Part shown: positions 17,161 to 32,167 of the stretch, piece after piece
How the letters are laid out: every line of letters begins with the position of its first letter
How positions within the stretch are numbered: position 1 is the first letter of the stretch
Origin: Bugula neritina
Taxonomy: Eukaryota; Animalia; Bryozoa
Direction: 5' to 3'
Assembly: GCA_964035545.1 (NCBI GenBank)
Contig: CAXIUT010000230.1
Location: 682,001-746,000 of the forward strand
Length of the DNA: 64,000 nt
The notes under the pieces: model-generated
What the model was told of the DNA's origin: nothing
Database searches by the model: none
The model's input: only the letters and a program-made list of their open reading frames with translations
Made by a program: the position numbers and the translations under genes

Positions 17161-20100
17161 TACTGCAACACACGGCAACATACTGCAACATACTAAAATA
17201 TACTGCAACATGCTGAAATACAATGCAAAATACTGAAATACACTGTAACATACTGAAATATACTGCAACATACTGAAATACAGTGCTACATACTGGAATA
17301 TGCTGCAACACACTGCAACATACTGCGACATACTAAAATACACTGTGACATATTGAAATACACTGCAACACATTGAAATATACTGCAAAATACTGAAATA
17401 CACTGCTACATACTGAAATATACTGCAACACACTGCAACATACTGCAACATACTAAAATATACTGCAACATACTGAAATACACTGCAAAATACTGAAATA
17501 CAGTGTAACACACTGAAATATACTGCAACATACTGAAATACACTGCTACATAGTGAAATATACTGCAACACACTGCAACATACTGCGACATACTAAAATA
17601 CACTGTAACATATTGAAATACACTGCAACACATTGAAATATACAGCAAAATACTGAAATACACTGCTACATACTGAAATATACTGCAACACATTGAAAAA
17701 TACTGCAACATACTGAAATACACTGCAACATACTACAACACACTGAAATACGCTGTAACATATTGAAATACACTGCAACACATTGAAATATACTGTAACT
17801 CGCTGAAACATACTGTAACTCACTGAAATATAGTGTAATATACGGAAATGTACAGTTACATTCTGGAATATACTGTAACACACTGAAATATGCTGCAACA
17901 TACTGAAATACACTGTAACATACTGAAATATACTGCAACATCCTACAAGATACTGAAATACACTGTAACATATTTAAGTACACTGCAACACATTGAAGTA
18001 TACTGCAACACACTAAAACATACGGCAACATACTGAAATATACTTCGGCACATTGCAATATAGTGCAGCATACTGAAATATGCTGTAGCCTACTGAAATA
18101 CACTGCATTATACTGAGATACACTGTTACATACTGAAATATACTGCAACATACTGAAATACATTGTAATATGCTGAATTACACTGCAACACATTGAAAAA
18201 TACTGCAACATACATAATTATACTGTAACACACTGAATTCTTCTGCAACATACTGAAATACACTGTAAAATACTGAAATATACTGCAAAATACTGAAATA
18301 CACTGTTACATACTGAAATATACTGCAACATACTGCAACATACTGAAATACACTGTAACATACTGAAATACACTGCAACATACTACAACATATTGAAATA
18401 CACTGCAACACATTGAAATAAACTGCAACACACCGAAATATACTGCAAAATAATACAACATACTGAAATACACTGTAACATATTGAACTACACTGTAACA
18501 CATATAAATATACTGCAACATACCAAAATATATGGTAACTTACTGAAATATACTGTAACACATTGAAAAATGCTGCAACATACTGAAAATTACTGCGACA
18601 CATTGCAATATACTGTAACATACTGAAATATGCTGTAGCACACTGAAATACACTGCAACTCACTGAAATATACTGCAAAATACTGAAATACACTGTAACA
18701 TATTGAAAAATGCTGCAACATAGTGCAACATTCTGAAATACACTGTAACATACTAAAATACACTGCAAAATACTACAACATAGTGAAACACACTGTAACA
18801 CATTGAAATATTTTGCAACATACCTAAATATACGGTAAGATACTGAAATATACTGCAACACACTGCAACACACTGCAACGTACTGCAACATACTAAAATA
18901 TACTGCAACATACTGAAATACACTGCAAAATACTGAAATACACTGTAACATACTGAAATACACTGCAACATATTGAAATACACTGCTACATACTGAAATA
19001 TACTGCAACACACTGCAACATACTGCAACATACTAAAATACACTGTAACATATTGAAATACACTGCAACACATTGAAATTTACTGCTATGTACCGAAATA
19101 TAAGGTAAACTACTGAAATATACTGTCACACATTGAAAAATACTGCAACATACTAAAATATACTGCAACATACTGAAATACACTGCAAAATACTGAAATA
19201 CAGTGTAACACACTGAAATATACTGCAACATACTGAAATACACTGCTACATAGTGAAATATACTGCAACACACTGCAACATACTGCGACATACTAAAATA
19301 CACTGTAACATATTGAAATACACTGCAACACATTGAAATATACTGCAACATACCTAAATATACGATAATATACTGAAATATACTGTAACACATTGAAAAA
19401 TACTGCAACATACTGAAATACACTGCAACATACCACAACATACTGAAATACACTGCAACACATTGAAATATACTGTAACCCGCTGAAACATACTGTAACT
19501 CACTGAAATATAGTGTAATATACGGAAATGTACTGTAACATACTGGAATATACTGTAACACACTGAAATATACTGCGACATACTGAAATACACTGTAACA
19601 TACTGAAATATACTGCAACATCCTGCAACATACCGAAATACACTGTAACATACTAAAATATACTACAACATGCTGAAATACACTGCAAAATACTTAAATA
19701 TACTGCAACACACTGCAACATATTGCAACATACTAAAATACACTGTAACTTATTGAAATACACTGCAACACATTGAAATATACTGCAAAATACTGAAATA
19801 CACTGCTACATACTGAAATATACTGCAACACACTGCAACATACTGCAACATACTAAAATACACTGTAACATATTGAAATACACTGCAACACATTGAAATA
19901 TACTGCAAAATACTGAAATACACTGTTACATACTGAAATATACTGCAACACACTGCAACATACTGCAACATACTAAAATATACTGCAACATACTGAAATA
20001 CACTGCAAAATACTGAAATACAGTGTAACACACTGAAATATACTGCAACATACTGAAATACACTGCTACATAGTGAAATATACTGCAACACACTGCAACA

Positions 20101-23100
20101 TACTGCGACATACTAAAATACACTGTAACATATTGAAATACACTGCAACACATTGAAATATACTGCAAAATACTGAAATACACTGCTACATAATGAAATA
20201 TACTGCAACACACTGCAACATACTGCAACATACTGGAATATACTGCAACATACTGAAATACACTGCAAAATACTGAAATACACTCTAACATACTGAAATA
20301 TACTGCAACATACTGAAAAACACTGCTACATACTGACATATACTGCAACACACTGCAACATACTGCAACATACTAAAATACACTGTAACATATTGAAACA
20401 CACTGCAACACATTGAAATATACTGCAACATACCTAAATATACGGTAATATACTGAAGTATACTGTAACACATTGAAAAATACTGCAACATACTGAAATA
20501 CACTGCAACATACTACAACACACTGAAATACGCTGTAACATATTGAAATACACTGCAACACATTGAAATATACTGTAACTCGCTGAAACATACTGTAACT
20601 CACTGAAATATAGTGTAATATACGGAAATGTACAGTTACATTCTGGAATATACTGTAACACACTGAAAAATGCTGCAACATACTGAAATACACTGTAACA
20701 TACTGAAATATACTGCAACATCCTACAAGATACTGAAATACACTGTAACATATTTAAGTACACTGCAACACATTGAAGTATACTGCAACACACTAAAACA
20801 TACGGCAACATACTGAAATATACTTCGGCACATTGCAATATAGTGCAGCATACTGAAATATGCTGTAGCCTACTGAAATACACTGCATTATACTGAGATA
20901 CACTGTTACATACTGAAATATACTGCAACATACTGAAATACATTGTAATATGCTGAATTACACTGCAACACATTGAAAAATACTGCAACATACATAATTA
21001 TACTGTAACACACTGAATTCTTCTGCAACATACTGAAATACACTGTAAAATACTGAAATATACTGCAAAATACTGAAATACACTGTTACATACTGAAATA
21101 TACTGCAACATACTGCAACATACTGAAATACACTGTAACATACTGAAATACACTGCAACATACTCCAACATATTGAAATACACTGCAACACATTGAAATA
21201 AACTGCAACACACCGAAATATACTGCAAAATAATACAACATACTGAAATACACTGTAACATATTGAACTACACTGTAACACATATAAATATACTGCAACA
21301 TACCAAAATATATGGTAACTTACTGAAATATACTGTAACACATTGAAAAATGCTGCAACATACTGAAAATTACTGCGACACATTGCAATATACTGTAACA
21401 TACTGAAATATGCTGTAGCACACTGAAATACACTGCAACTCACTAAAATATACTGCAAAATACTGAAATACACTGTAACATATTGAAAAATGCTGCAACA
21501 TAGTGCAACATTCTGAAATACACTGTAACATACTGAAATACACTGCAAAATACTACAACATAGTGAAACACACTGTAACACATTGAAATATTTTGCAACA
21601 TACCTAAATATACGGTAAGATACTGAAATATACTGCAACACACTGCAACACACTGCAACGTACTGCAACATACTAAAATATACTGCAACATACTGAAATA
21701 CACTGCAAAATACTGAAATACACTGTAACATACTGAAATACACTGCAACATATTGAAATACACTGCTACATACTGAAATATACTGCAACACACTGCAACA
21801 TACTGCAACATACTAAAATACACTGTAACATATTGAAATACACAGCAACACATTGAAATTTACTGCTATGTACCGAAATATAAGGTAAACTACTGAAATA
21901 TACTGTCACACATTGAAAAATACTGCAACATACTAAAGTATATTGCAACATACTGAAATACACTGCAAAATACTGAAATACAGTGTAACACACTGAAATA
22001 TACTGCAACATACTGAAATACACTGCTACATAGTGAAATATACTGCAACACACTGCAACATACTGCGACATACTAAAATACACTGTAACATATTGAAATA
22101 CACTGCAACACATTGAAATATACTGCAACATACCTAAATATACGATAATATACTGAAATATACTGTAACACATTGAAAAATACTGCAACATACTGAAATA
22201 CACTGCAACATACCACAACATACTGAAATACACTGCAACACATTGAAATATACTGTAACCCGCTGAAACATACTGTAACTCACTGAAATATAGTGTAATA
22301 TACGGAAATGTACTGTAACATACTGGAATATACTGTAACACACTGAAATATACTGCGACATACTGAAATACACTGTAAAATACTGAAATACACTGCAACA
22401 TACTACAACATTTTGAAACACACTGCAACACATTGAAATATACTGCAACATACCTAAAAATACGGTTATGTACTGAAATACACTGTAACATATTGAAAAA
22501 TAGTGCAACATAGTGCAACATACTGATATACACTGCATTATACTGAAATACACTGCAACACACTACAACATATTGAAATACACTGCAACACATTGAAATA
22601 TACTGCAACATACCTAAAAATACGGTAATATACTGAATTATACTGTAACACATTGAAAAACACTGCAACATATTGAAATACACTGCAACACACTGAAATA
22701 CACCGCAAAATACTACAACATACTGAAATACACTGCAACATATTGAAATACACTGCAACACATTGAAATATACTGCAATGTACCGAAATATATGGTAAAC
22801 TACTGAAATATACTGACACACATTGCAATATACTGTAACATACTGAAATATGCTGTAGCACACTGAAATACACTGCAACTCACCGAAATATACTGCAACA
22901 TACCTAAATATATGGTAATATACCAAAATAAACTGTAACACATTTAAAAATGCTGCAACATACTGAAATACACTGCAACACACTGAAATACACTGCAAAA
23001 TACTGTAACACACTGAAATATACTGCAACACACTGCAACATACTGCAACATACTAAAATATAGTGCAACATACTGAAATACACTGCAAAATACTGAAATA

Positions 23101-24749
23101 CACTGTAACATACTGAAATATACTGCAACATACTGAAATACACTGCTACATACTGAAATATACTGCAACACACTGCAACATACTGCAACATACTAAAATA
23201 CACTGTAACATATTGAAATACACTGCAACACATTGAAATATACTGCAAAATACTGAAATACACTGCTACATACTGAAATATACTGCGACACACTGCAACA
23301 TACTGCAACATACTAAATTATACTGCAACATACTGAAATACGCTGCATAATACTGAAATACACTGTAACATACTGAAATATACTGCAACATACTGAAATA
23401 CACTGCTACATACTGAAATATACTGCAACACGCTGCAACATACTGCAACATACTAAAATACACTGTAACATATTGAAATACACTGCAACACATTGAAATA
23501 CACTGCAAAATACTGCAACATACTGAAATACACTGTAACATACTGAAATACACTGTAACATACTGAAATATACTGCAACATACTGAAATACACTGCTACA
23601 TACTGAAATACATTGCAACATACTGAAATACACTGTAATATGCTGAATTACACTGCAACATACTGCAACATACTGAAATACACTGTAACATACTGAAATA
23701 CACTGCAACATGCTACAACATATTGAAATACACTGCAACACATTGAATATACTGCAACATACCTAAATATGCGGTAATACACTGAAATAAACTATAACAC
23801 ATTGAAAATACTGCAACATACATAATTATACTGTAACACACTGAAATATACTGCAACATACTGAAATACACTGTAAAATACTGAAACATACTGCAACATA
23901 CTGAAATACACTGCTACATACTGAAATATACTGCAACATACTGCAACATACTGAAATACACTGTAACATACTGAAATATACTGCAACATCCTGCAACATA
24001 CTGAAATACACTGTAAAATACTGAAATATACTGCAACATACTGAAATACACTGCTACATACTGAAATATACTGCAACATACTGCAACATACTGAAATACA
24101 CTGTAACATACTGAAATATACTGCAACATCCTGCAACATACTGAAATACACTGTAACATACTGAAATACACTGTAATATGCTGAATTACACTGCAACACA
24201 TTGATGTCTTATGCAACACACTTAAACATACGGCAACATACTGAAATATACTTCGGCACATTGCAATATACTGCAGCATACTGAAATATGTTTTAGCCTA
24301 CTGAAATACACTGCATTATACTGAAATACACTGCTACATACTGAAATATACTGCAACATACTGAAATAGACTGTAATATGCTGAATTACACTGCAAAACA
24401 TTGAAATATACTGCAACATAGCAAAATATATATTAAACGACTGAAATATACTTTAACAGACTGAAAAATACTGCAACATACAGAATTATACTGTAACACA
24501 CTGAAATATACTGCAACATACTGAAATACACTGTAAAATACTGAAATATACTGCAACATACTGAAACACACTGCTACATACTGAAATATACTGCAACATA
24601 CTGCAACATACTGATATACACTGTAACATACTGAAATACACTGCAAAATACTACAACATATTGAAATACACTGAAACACATTGAAATATACTGCAACATA
24701 CCTAAATATACCATAATATACTGAAGTATACTGTAACACATTGAAATAT

Positions 24750-27700
24750 ACTGCAACATACTGAAATACACTGCAATACATTGAAATATACTGTAACCCG
24801 CTGAAACATGCTGTAACTCACTGAAATATAGTGTAATATACGGAAATGTACTGTAACATACTGGAATATACTGTAACACACTGAAATATACTGCGACATA
24901 CTGAAATACACTGTAACATACTGAAATATACTGCAACATCCTGCAACATACTGAAATACACTGTAACATACTAAAATATACTACAACATGCTGAAATACA
25001 CTGCAAAATACTAAAATATACTGCAACACACTGCAACATACTGCAACATACTAAAATACACTGTAACATATTGAAATACACTGCAACACATTGAAATATA
25101 CTGCAAAATACTGAAACACACTGCTACATACTGAAATATACTGCAACACACTGCAACATACTGCAACATACTAAAATACACTGTAACATATTGAAATACA
25201 CTGCAACACATTGAAATATACTGCAAAATACTGAAATACACTGCTACATACTGAAATATACTGCAACACACTGCAACATACTGCAACATACTAAAATATA
25301 CTGCAACATACTGAAATACACTGCAAAATACTGAAATACAGTGTAACACACTGAAATATACTGCAACAAATTGAAATACACTGCTACATAGTGAAATATA
25401 CTGCAACACACTGCAACATACTGCGACATACTAAAATACACTGTAACATATTGAAATACACTGCAACACATTGAAATATACTGCAAAATACTGAAATACA
25501 CTGCTACATACTGAAATATACTGCTACACACTGCAACATACTGCAACACACTAAAATATACTGCAACATACTGAAATACAATGCAAAATACTGAAATACA
25601 CTGTAACATACTGAAATATACTGCAACATACTGAAATACAGTGCTACATACTGGAATATGCTGCAACACACTGCAACATACTGCGACATACTAAAATACA
25701 CTGTGACATATTGAAATACACTGCAACACATTGAAATATACTGCAACATACTGAAATATACTGCGATGCATTACAATATACTGCAACATACTGAAGTATA
25801 ATGCAACATATCGCAATGAATGGTAAACTAGTGAAATATACTGTAACATAATGCAACATACCGGAACATACTGCAACATAACTAAATATAGTGCAACACA
25901 TTGAAATATACGGCAACATACCGAAATATACTGCGACACATTAAAAAATACTGCAACATACTGAAATATACTGGAACATACTGCAACATACTAAAATACA
26001 CTGCAACATACTGAAATACACTGGAACATTTTGAACTGCGCTGCAACACTCTGAAATATACTACAACACACTGAAACATTCGGCAACATACCGAAATAAA
26101 CTGCGACGCGTTGAAAATTACTGCAACGTACTGAAATATACTGCGACGCATTAAAATATACTGCAACATACTGAAATATACTGCAACATACTGAAATGTA
26201 GTGTAATATACAGAAATACACTGTAACATACTGAAATATACTGCAACATACTGCATTATGCTGAATTACACTTGAACATTATGAAATACACTGCAACACA
26301 TTGAAATATACTGCGACATACCGAAATGAATAGTAAACTAGTGAAATATACTGTAACATAATGAAACATACCGGAACATTCTGCAACAAATTAAAGTATA
26401 GTGTAACACACTGAAATATACGGCAACATACTGAAACCTATGCAACATACTGAAATACGCTGCAACATACTGAAATATACTGCAAGATACTGCAACATAC
26501 TGAAATACACTATAACACACTGAAATACACTGCAACATGCTGAAGTACACTGAAATACACTGTAACATATTGAAATACATTGCAAAACATCGAAATATAC
26601 TGCAACATACTGAAATATGCTGTAGCATACTGAAAGACACTACAACTCACTGAAGTATAGTGTAATATACGGAAATGTACTGCAACATGCCGATATATAC
26701 AGCAACATATCGAAATACACTGCAACATACTGCAACATACCGAAATACACTGGAACATAATGGAATACACTGCAACACATTGAAATATACTGCAACACAC
26801 TGAAACATAAGGTAACACAATGAAATATACTGCGACACATTAAAATATACTGCAACATACTGAAATATACTGCAACATACCGAAATGTAATGTAATATAC
26901 AGAAATGCACTGTAACATACTGAAATATACTGTAACACACTGAAATATACTCTAACATACCGAAATACACTGTAACATACTGCAATATACTGCAACATAC
27001 TGCAACATACTGACTTACACTTGAACATAATGAAATACACTGCAAGACATTGAAATATACTGCAACATATCGAAATGAATGGTAAACTAGTGAAATATAC
27101 TGTAACATAATGAAACATACCGGAACATACTGCAACCTAATAAAATAAAGTGTCACACACTGAAATATGCGGCAACATACCGAAATATACTGCAAAACGT
27201 TAAAAAAAACTGCAACATACTGAAAAATACTGCAACATACTGCAACATACTGAAATACACTGGAACATATTGAACTACACTGCAACACTCTGAAATATAC
27301 TGCAACACACTGAAACATACGGCAACATACCGAAATAAACTGCGACGCGTTGAAAATTACTGCAACATACTGAAATATACTGCAAGTGGTGCAACATACT
27401 GAAATACACTGCAACATACCACAACATACTGAAATACACTGCAATACATTGAAATATACTGTAACCCGCTGAAACATACTGTAACTCACTGAAATATAGT
27501 GTAATATACGGAAATGTACTGTAACATACTGGAATATACTGTAACACACTGAAATATACTGCGACATACTGAAATACACTGTAACATACTGAAATATACT
27601 GCAACATCCTGCAACATACTGAAATACACTGTAACATACTAAAATATACTACAACATGCTGAAATACACTGCAAAATACTAAAATATACTGCAACACACT

Positions 27701-30075
27701 GCAACATACTGCAACATACTAAAATACACTGTAACATATTGAAATACACTGCAACACATTGATATATACTGCAAAATACTGAAACACACTGCTACATACT
27801 GAAATATACTGCAACACACTGCAACATACTGCAACATACTAAAATACACTGTAACATATTGAAATACACTGCAACACATTGAAATATACTGCAAAATACT
27901 GAAATACACTGCTACATACTGAAATATACTGCAACACACTGCAACATACTGCAACATACTAAAATATACTGCAACATACTGAAATACACTGCAAAATACT
28001 GAAATACAGTGTAACACACTGAAATATACTGCAACATACTGAAATACACTGCTACATAGTGAAATATACTGCAACACACTGCAACATACTGCGACATACT
28101 AAAATACACTGTAACATATTGAAATACACTGCAACACATTGAAATATACTGCAAAATACTGAAATACACTGCTACATACTGAAATATACTGCAACACACT
28201 GCAACATACTGCAACACACTAAAATATACTGCAACATACTGAAATACAATGCAAAATACTGAAATACACTGTAACATACTGAAATATACTGCAACATACT
28301 GAAATACAGTGCTACATACTGGAATATGCTGCAACACACTGCAACATACTGCGACATACTAAAATACACTGTGACATATTGAAATACACTGCAACACATT
28401 GAAATATACTGCAACATACTGAAATATACTGCGACGCATTACAATATACTGCAACATACTGAAGTATAATGCAACATATCGCAATGAATGGTAAACTAGT
28501 GAAATATACTGTAACATAATGAAACATACCGGAACATACTGCAACATAACTAAATATAGTGCAACACATTGAAATATACGGCAACATACCGAAATATACT
28601 GCGACACATTAAAAAATACTGCAACATACTGAAATATACTGGAACATACTGCAACATACTAAAATACACTGCAACATACTGAAATACACTGGAACATTTT
28701 GAACTGCGCTGCAACACTCTGAAATATACTACAACACACTGAAACATTCGGCAACATACCGAAATAAACTGCGACGCGTTGAAAATTACTGCAACGTACT
28801 GAAATATACTGCGACGCATTAAAATATACTGCAACATACTGAAATATACTGCAACATACTGAAATGTAGTGTAATATACAGAAATACACTGTAACATACT
28901 GAAATATACTGCAACATACTGCATTATGCTGAATTACACTTGAACATTATGAAATACACTGCAACACATTGAAATATACTGCGACATACCGAAATGAATA
29001 GTAAACTAGTGAAATATACTGTAACATAATGAAACATACCGGAACATTCTGCAACAAATTAAAGTATAGTGTAACACACTGAAATATACGGCAACATACT
29101 GAAACCTATGCAACATACTGAAATACGCTGCAACATACTGAAATATACTGCAAGATACTGCAACATACTGAAATACACTATAACACACTGAAATACACTG
29201 CAACATGCTGAAGTACACTGAAATACACTGTAACATATTGAAATACATTGCAAAACATCGAAATATACTGCAACATACTGAAATATGCTGTAGCATACTG
29301 AAAGACACTACAACTCACTGAAGTATAGTGTAATATACGGAAATGTACTGCAACATGCCGATATATACAGCAACATATCGAAATACACTGCAACATACTG
29401 CAACATACCGAAATACACTGGAACATAATGGAATACACTGCAACACATTGAAATATACTGCAACACACTGAAACATAAGGTAACACAATGAAATATACTG
29501 CGACACATTAAAATATACTGCAACATACTGAAATATACTGCAACATACCGAAATGTAATGTAATATACAGAAATGCACTGTAACATACTGAAATATACTG
29601 TAACACACTGAAATATACTCTAACATACCGAAATACACTGTAACATACTGCAATATACTGCAACATACTGCAACATACTGACTTACACTTGAACATAATG
29701 AAATACACTGCAAGACATTGAAATATACTGCAACATATCGAAATGAATGGTAAACTAGTGAAATATACTGTAACATAATGAAACATACCGGAACATACTG
29801 CAACCTAATAAAATAAAGTGTCACACACTGAAATATGCGGCAACATACCGAAATATACTGCAAAACGTTAAAAAAAACTGCAACATACTGAAAAATACTG
29901 CAACATACTGCAACATACTGAAATACACTGGAACATATTGAACTACACTGCAACACTCTGAAATATACTGCAACACACTGAAACATACGGCAACATACCG
30001 AAATAAACTGCGACGCGTTGAAAATTACTGCAACATACTGAAATATACTGCAAGTGGTGCAACATACTGAAATGC
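24750..30075. repeat. 2668-bp tandem duplication spanning the domain boundary
   Basis: GCAATACATT at 24773/27441 and CAAGTGGTG at 27383/30051. ORF offsets 25244/27912 and 26338/29006 are also 2668. Confidence 0.9.
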
Positions 30076-31808
30076 ACTGTGACACACTGAAATACACTGC
30101 AACATACTGCAACATACTGAAATATACTGCGACGCATTAAAATATACTGCAAAATACTGAAAAATACTGCAACATACTGAAATGTAGTGTAATACACAGA
30201 AATAGACTGTAACATACTGAAATATACTGCAACATACTGCATTATACGGAATTACACTTGAACATAATGAAATACACTGCAACACATTGAAATATACTGC
30301 GACATACCGAGATGAATTGTAAACTAGTGAAATATACTGTAACATAATGAAAGATACCGGAACATACTGCAACTTAATAAAATATATTGTAACACACTGA
30401 AATATACTGCAAGATACTGCAACATACTGAAATACACTATAACACACTGAAATACACTGCAACATACTGAAGTACACTGAAATACACTGTAACATATTGA
30501 AATACATTGCAAAACATCGAAATAGACTGCAACATACTGAAATATGCTGTAACATACTGAAAGACACTAAAACTCACTGAAGTATAGTGTAATAAACGGA
30601 AATGTACTGCAACATGCCGAAATATACTGCAACATACTGCAACATCCTAAAATACACTGTAACATATTGAACTACACTGCAACATACTGAAACATACTGC
30701 AACATACTGAAATACACCGGAAGATTTTGATATGCACTGCAACACATTGAAGTATACTGCAACATACTAAAATATACTGCAACATACTGCAACATCCTAA
30801 AATATACTGTAACATATTGAACTACACTGCAACATACTGAAACATACTGCAACATACTGAAATATACTGCAACTTACTGAAATACACTATAACGTATTGA
30901 AATATACTGCAATATACTTAATTACACTCTAAGATACTGAAATATGCTATAGCATACTGAAATACACTGCAACATACTGAAGTATACTGTAGTACACTGA
31001 AATCTAATGCAACAAACTGATTTATACTGCAACATACTGCAACATACTGAAATACACATGAACATATTAAAATACACTGCGACACATTGAAATATACTGC
31101 AACATACTGAAATATACTGCAAGATACTGCAAGATACTGAAATAGACTTTGACATACTGAAATACACTGCAACATACTGCAAGAAACTGCAACATACTGA
31201 AATACACTGTAACATATTGAAATACACTGCATAATACTGCAACATACTGAAATACACTGGAACATATTGATATACACTGTAACACATTGAAATATACTGC
31301 AACAAACTGAAACATACGGCAAAATACCGAAATATACTGCGACACCTTGAAAAATACTGCAACATACTGAAATATACTGCAAGTGGTGCAACATACTGAA
31401 ATACACTGTCACACACTGAAATACACTGAAACGTAACGCAACATACTGCAACATACTGAAAACACTGTAACATATTGAAATACACTGCAACATACTGAAA
31501 AACACTATAACATACTGAAATATACTGCAACATACTGCAACATACTGAATTACACTTGAACATAGTGAAATACACTGCAACACATTGAAACATACTGCAA
31601 CATTTCGAAATGAATGGTAAACCAGTAAAATATACTGTAAAATAATGAAACATACCGGAAGATACTGCAACATAATAAAATATATTGTAACACACTGAAA
31701 TATGCGGCAACATACCGAAATATGTTGCAAGTGGTGCAACATACTGAAATACACATGAACATATTGAAATAGACTGCGACACATTGAAATATACTGCAAC
31801 ACACTGAA

Positions 31809-31827
31809 CACAGGATAGTTAAGGGCA
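31809..31827 (+). repeat. Left terminal inverted repeat CACAGGATAGTTAAGGGCA
   Basis: Exact reverse complement of 32546-32564. Confidence 0.97.
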
Positions 31828-31879
31828 ACTTTTTAGCTGCAACTGCCTTGCTGAAGTTTGCATTGTAATCATATAAGAA

Positions 31880-32167
31880 TTCAGTACCAGTAAAATAAAA
31901 TCTCACCTAATTGTGCTAGAGTCAAAATTTAAAAACTATGTTGTAGATCTTCTTTTTCTCCAGTGTAAGTTTTCTGGAAATTTCAATTTTCATTTTTTTT
32001 GCGAAGTTATAGACAAAAAACTGCCGAATTTTGGCCAATTTTGCCTGAAAAGCTGACTTTTCAGTACCAGTAAAATATCTCAGCAGCAAAACATGATATC
32101 TGAATAAAAATTGCACTGCTGGAATCCTGAGATATTTCTCCAGTGTAAGTTTTTTTCTTTTTTCAAT
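31880..32167 (+). repeat. Internal direct repeats of the transposon at exactly 180-bp period
   Basis: TTCAGTACCAGTAAAATA at 31880/32060, TTTCTCCAGTGTAAGTTTT at 31955/32135 and TTTCAAT at 31981/32161. Confidence 0.9.

Larger units (their letters stand above)
1..25740. repeat. Proximal homogeneous satellite domain
   Basis: Few variant monomers. Diagnostic variants are CACTGCTACA, TACCTAAATA, TACTGCTATG-TACCGAAATA-TAAGGTAAAC and TACAGTTACA-TTCTGGAATA. Decamer phase is unbroken from ~1161 to ~23746. The right boundary is approximate. Confidence 0.85.
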
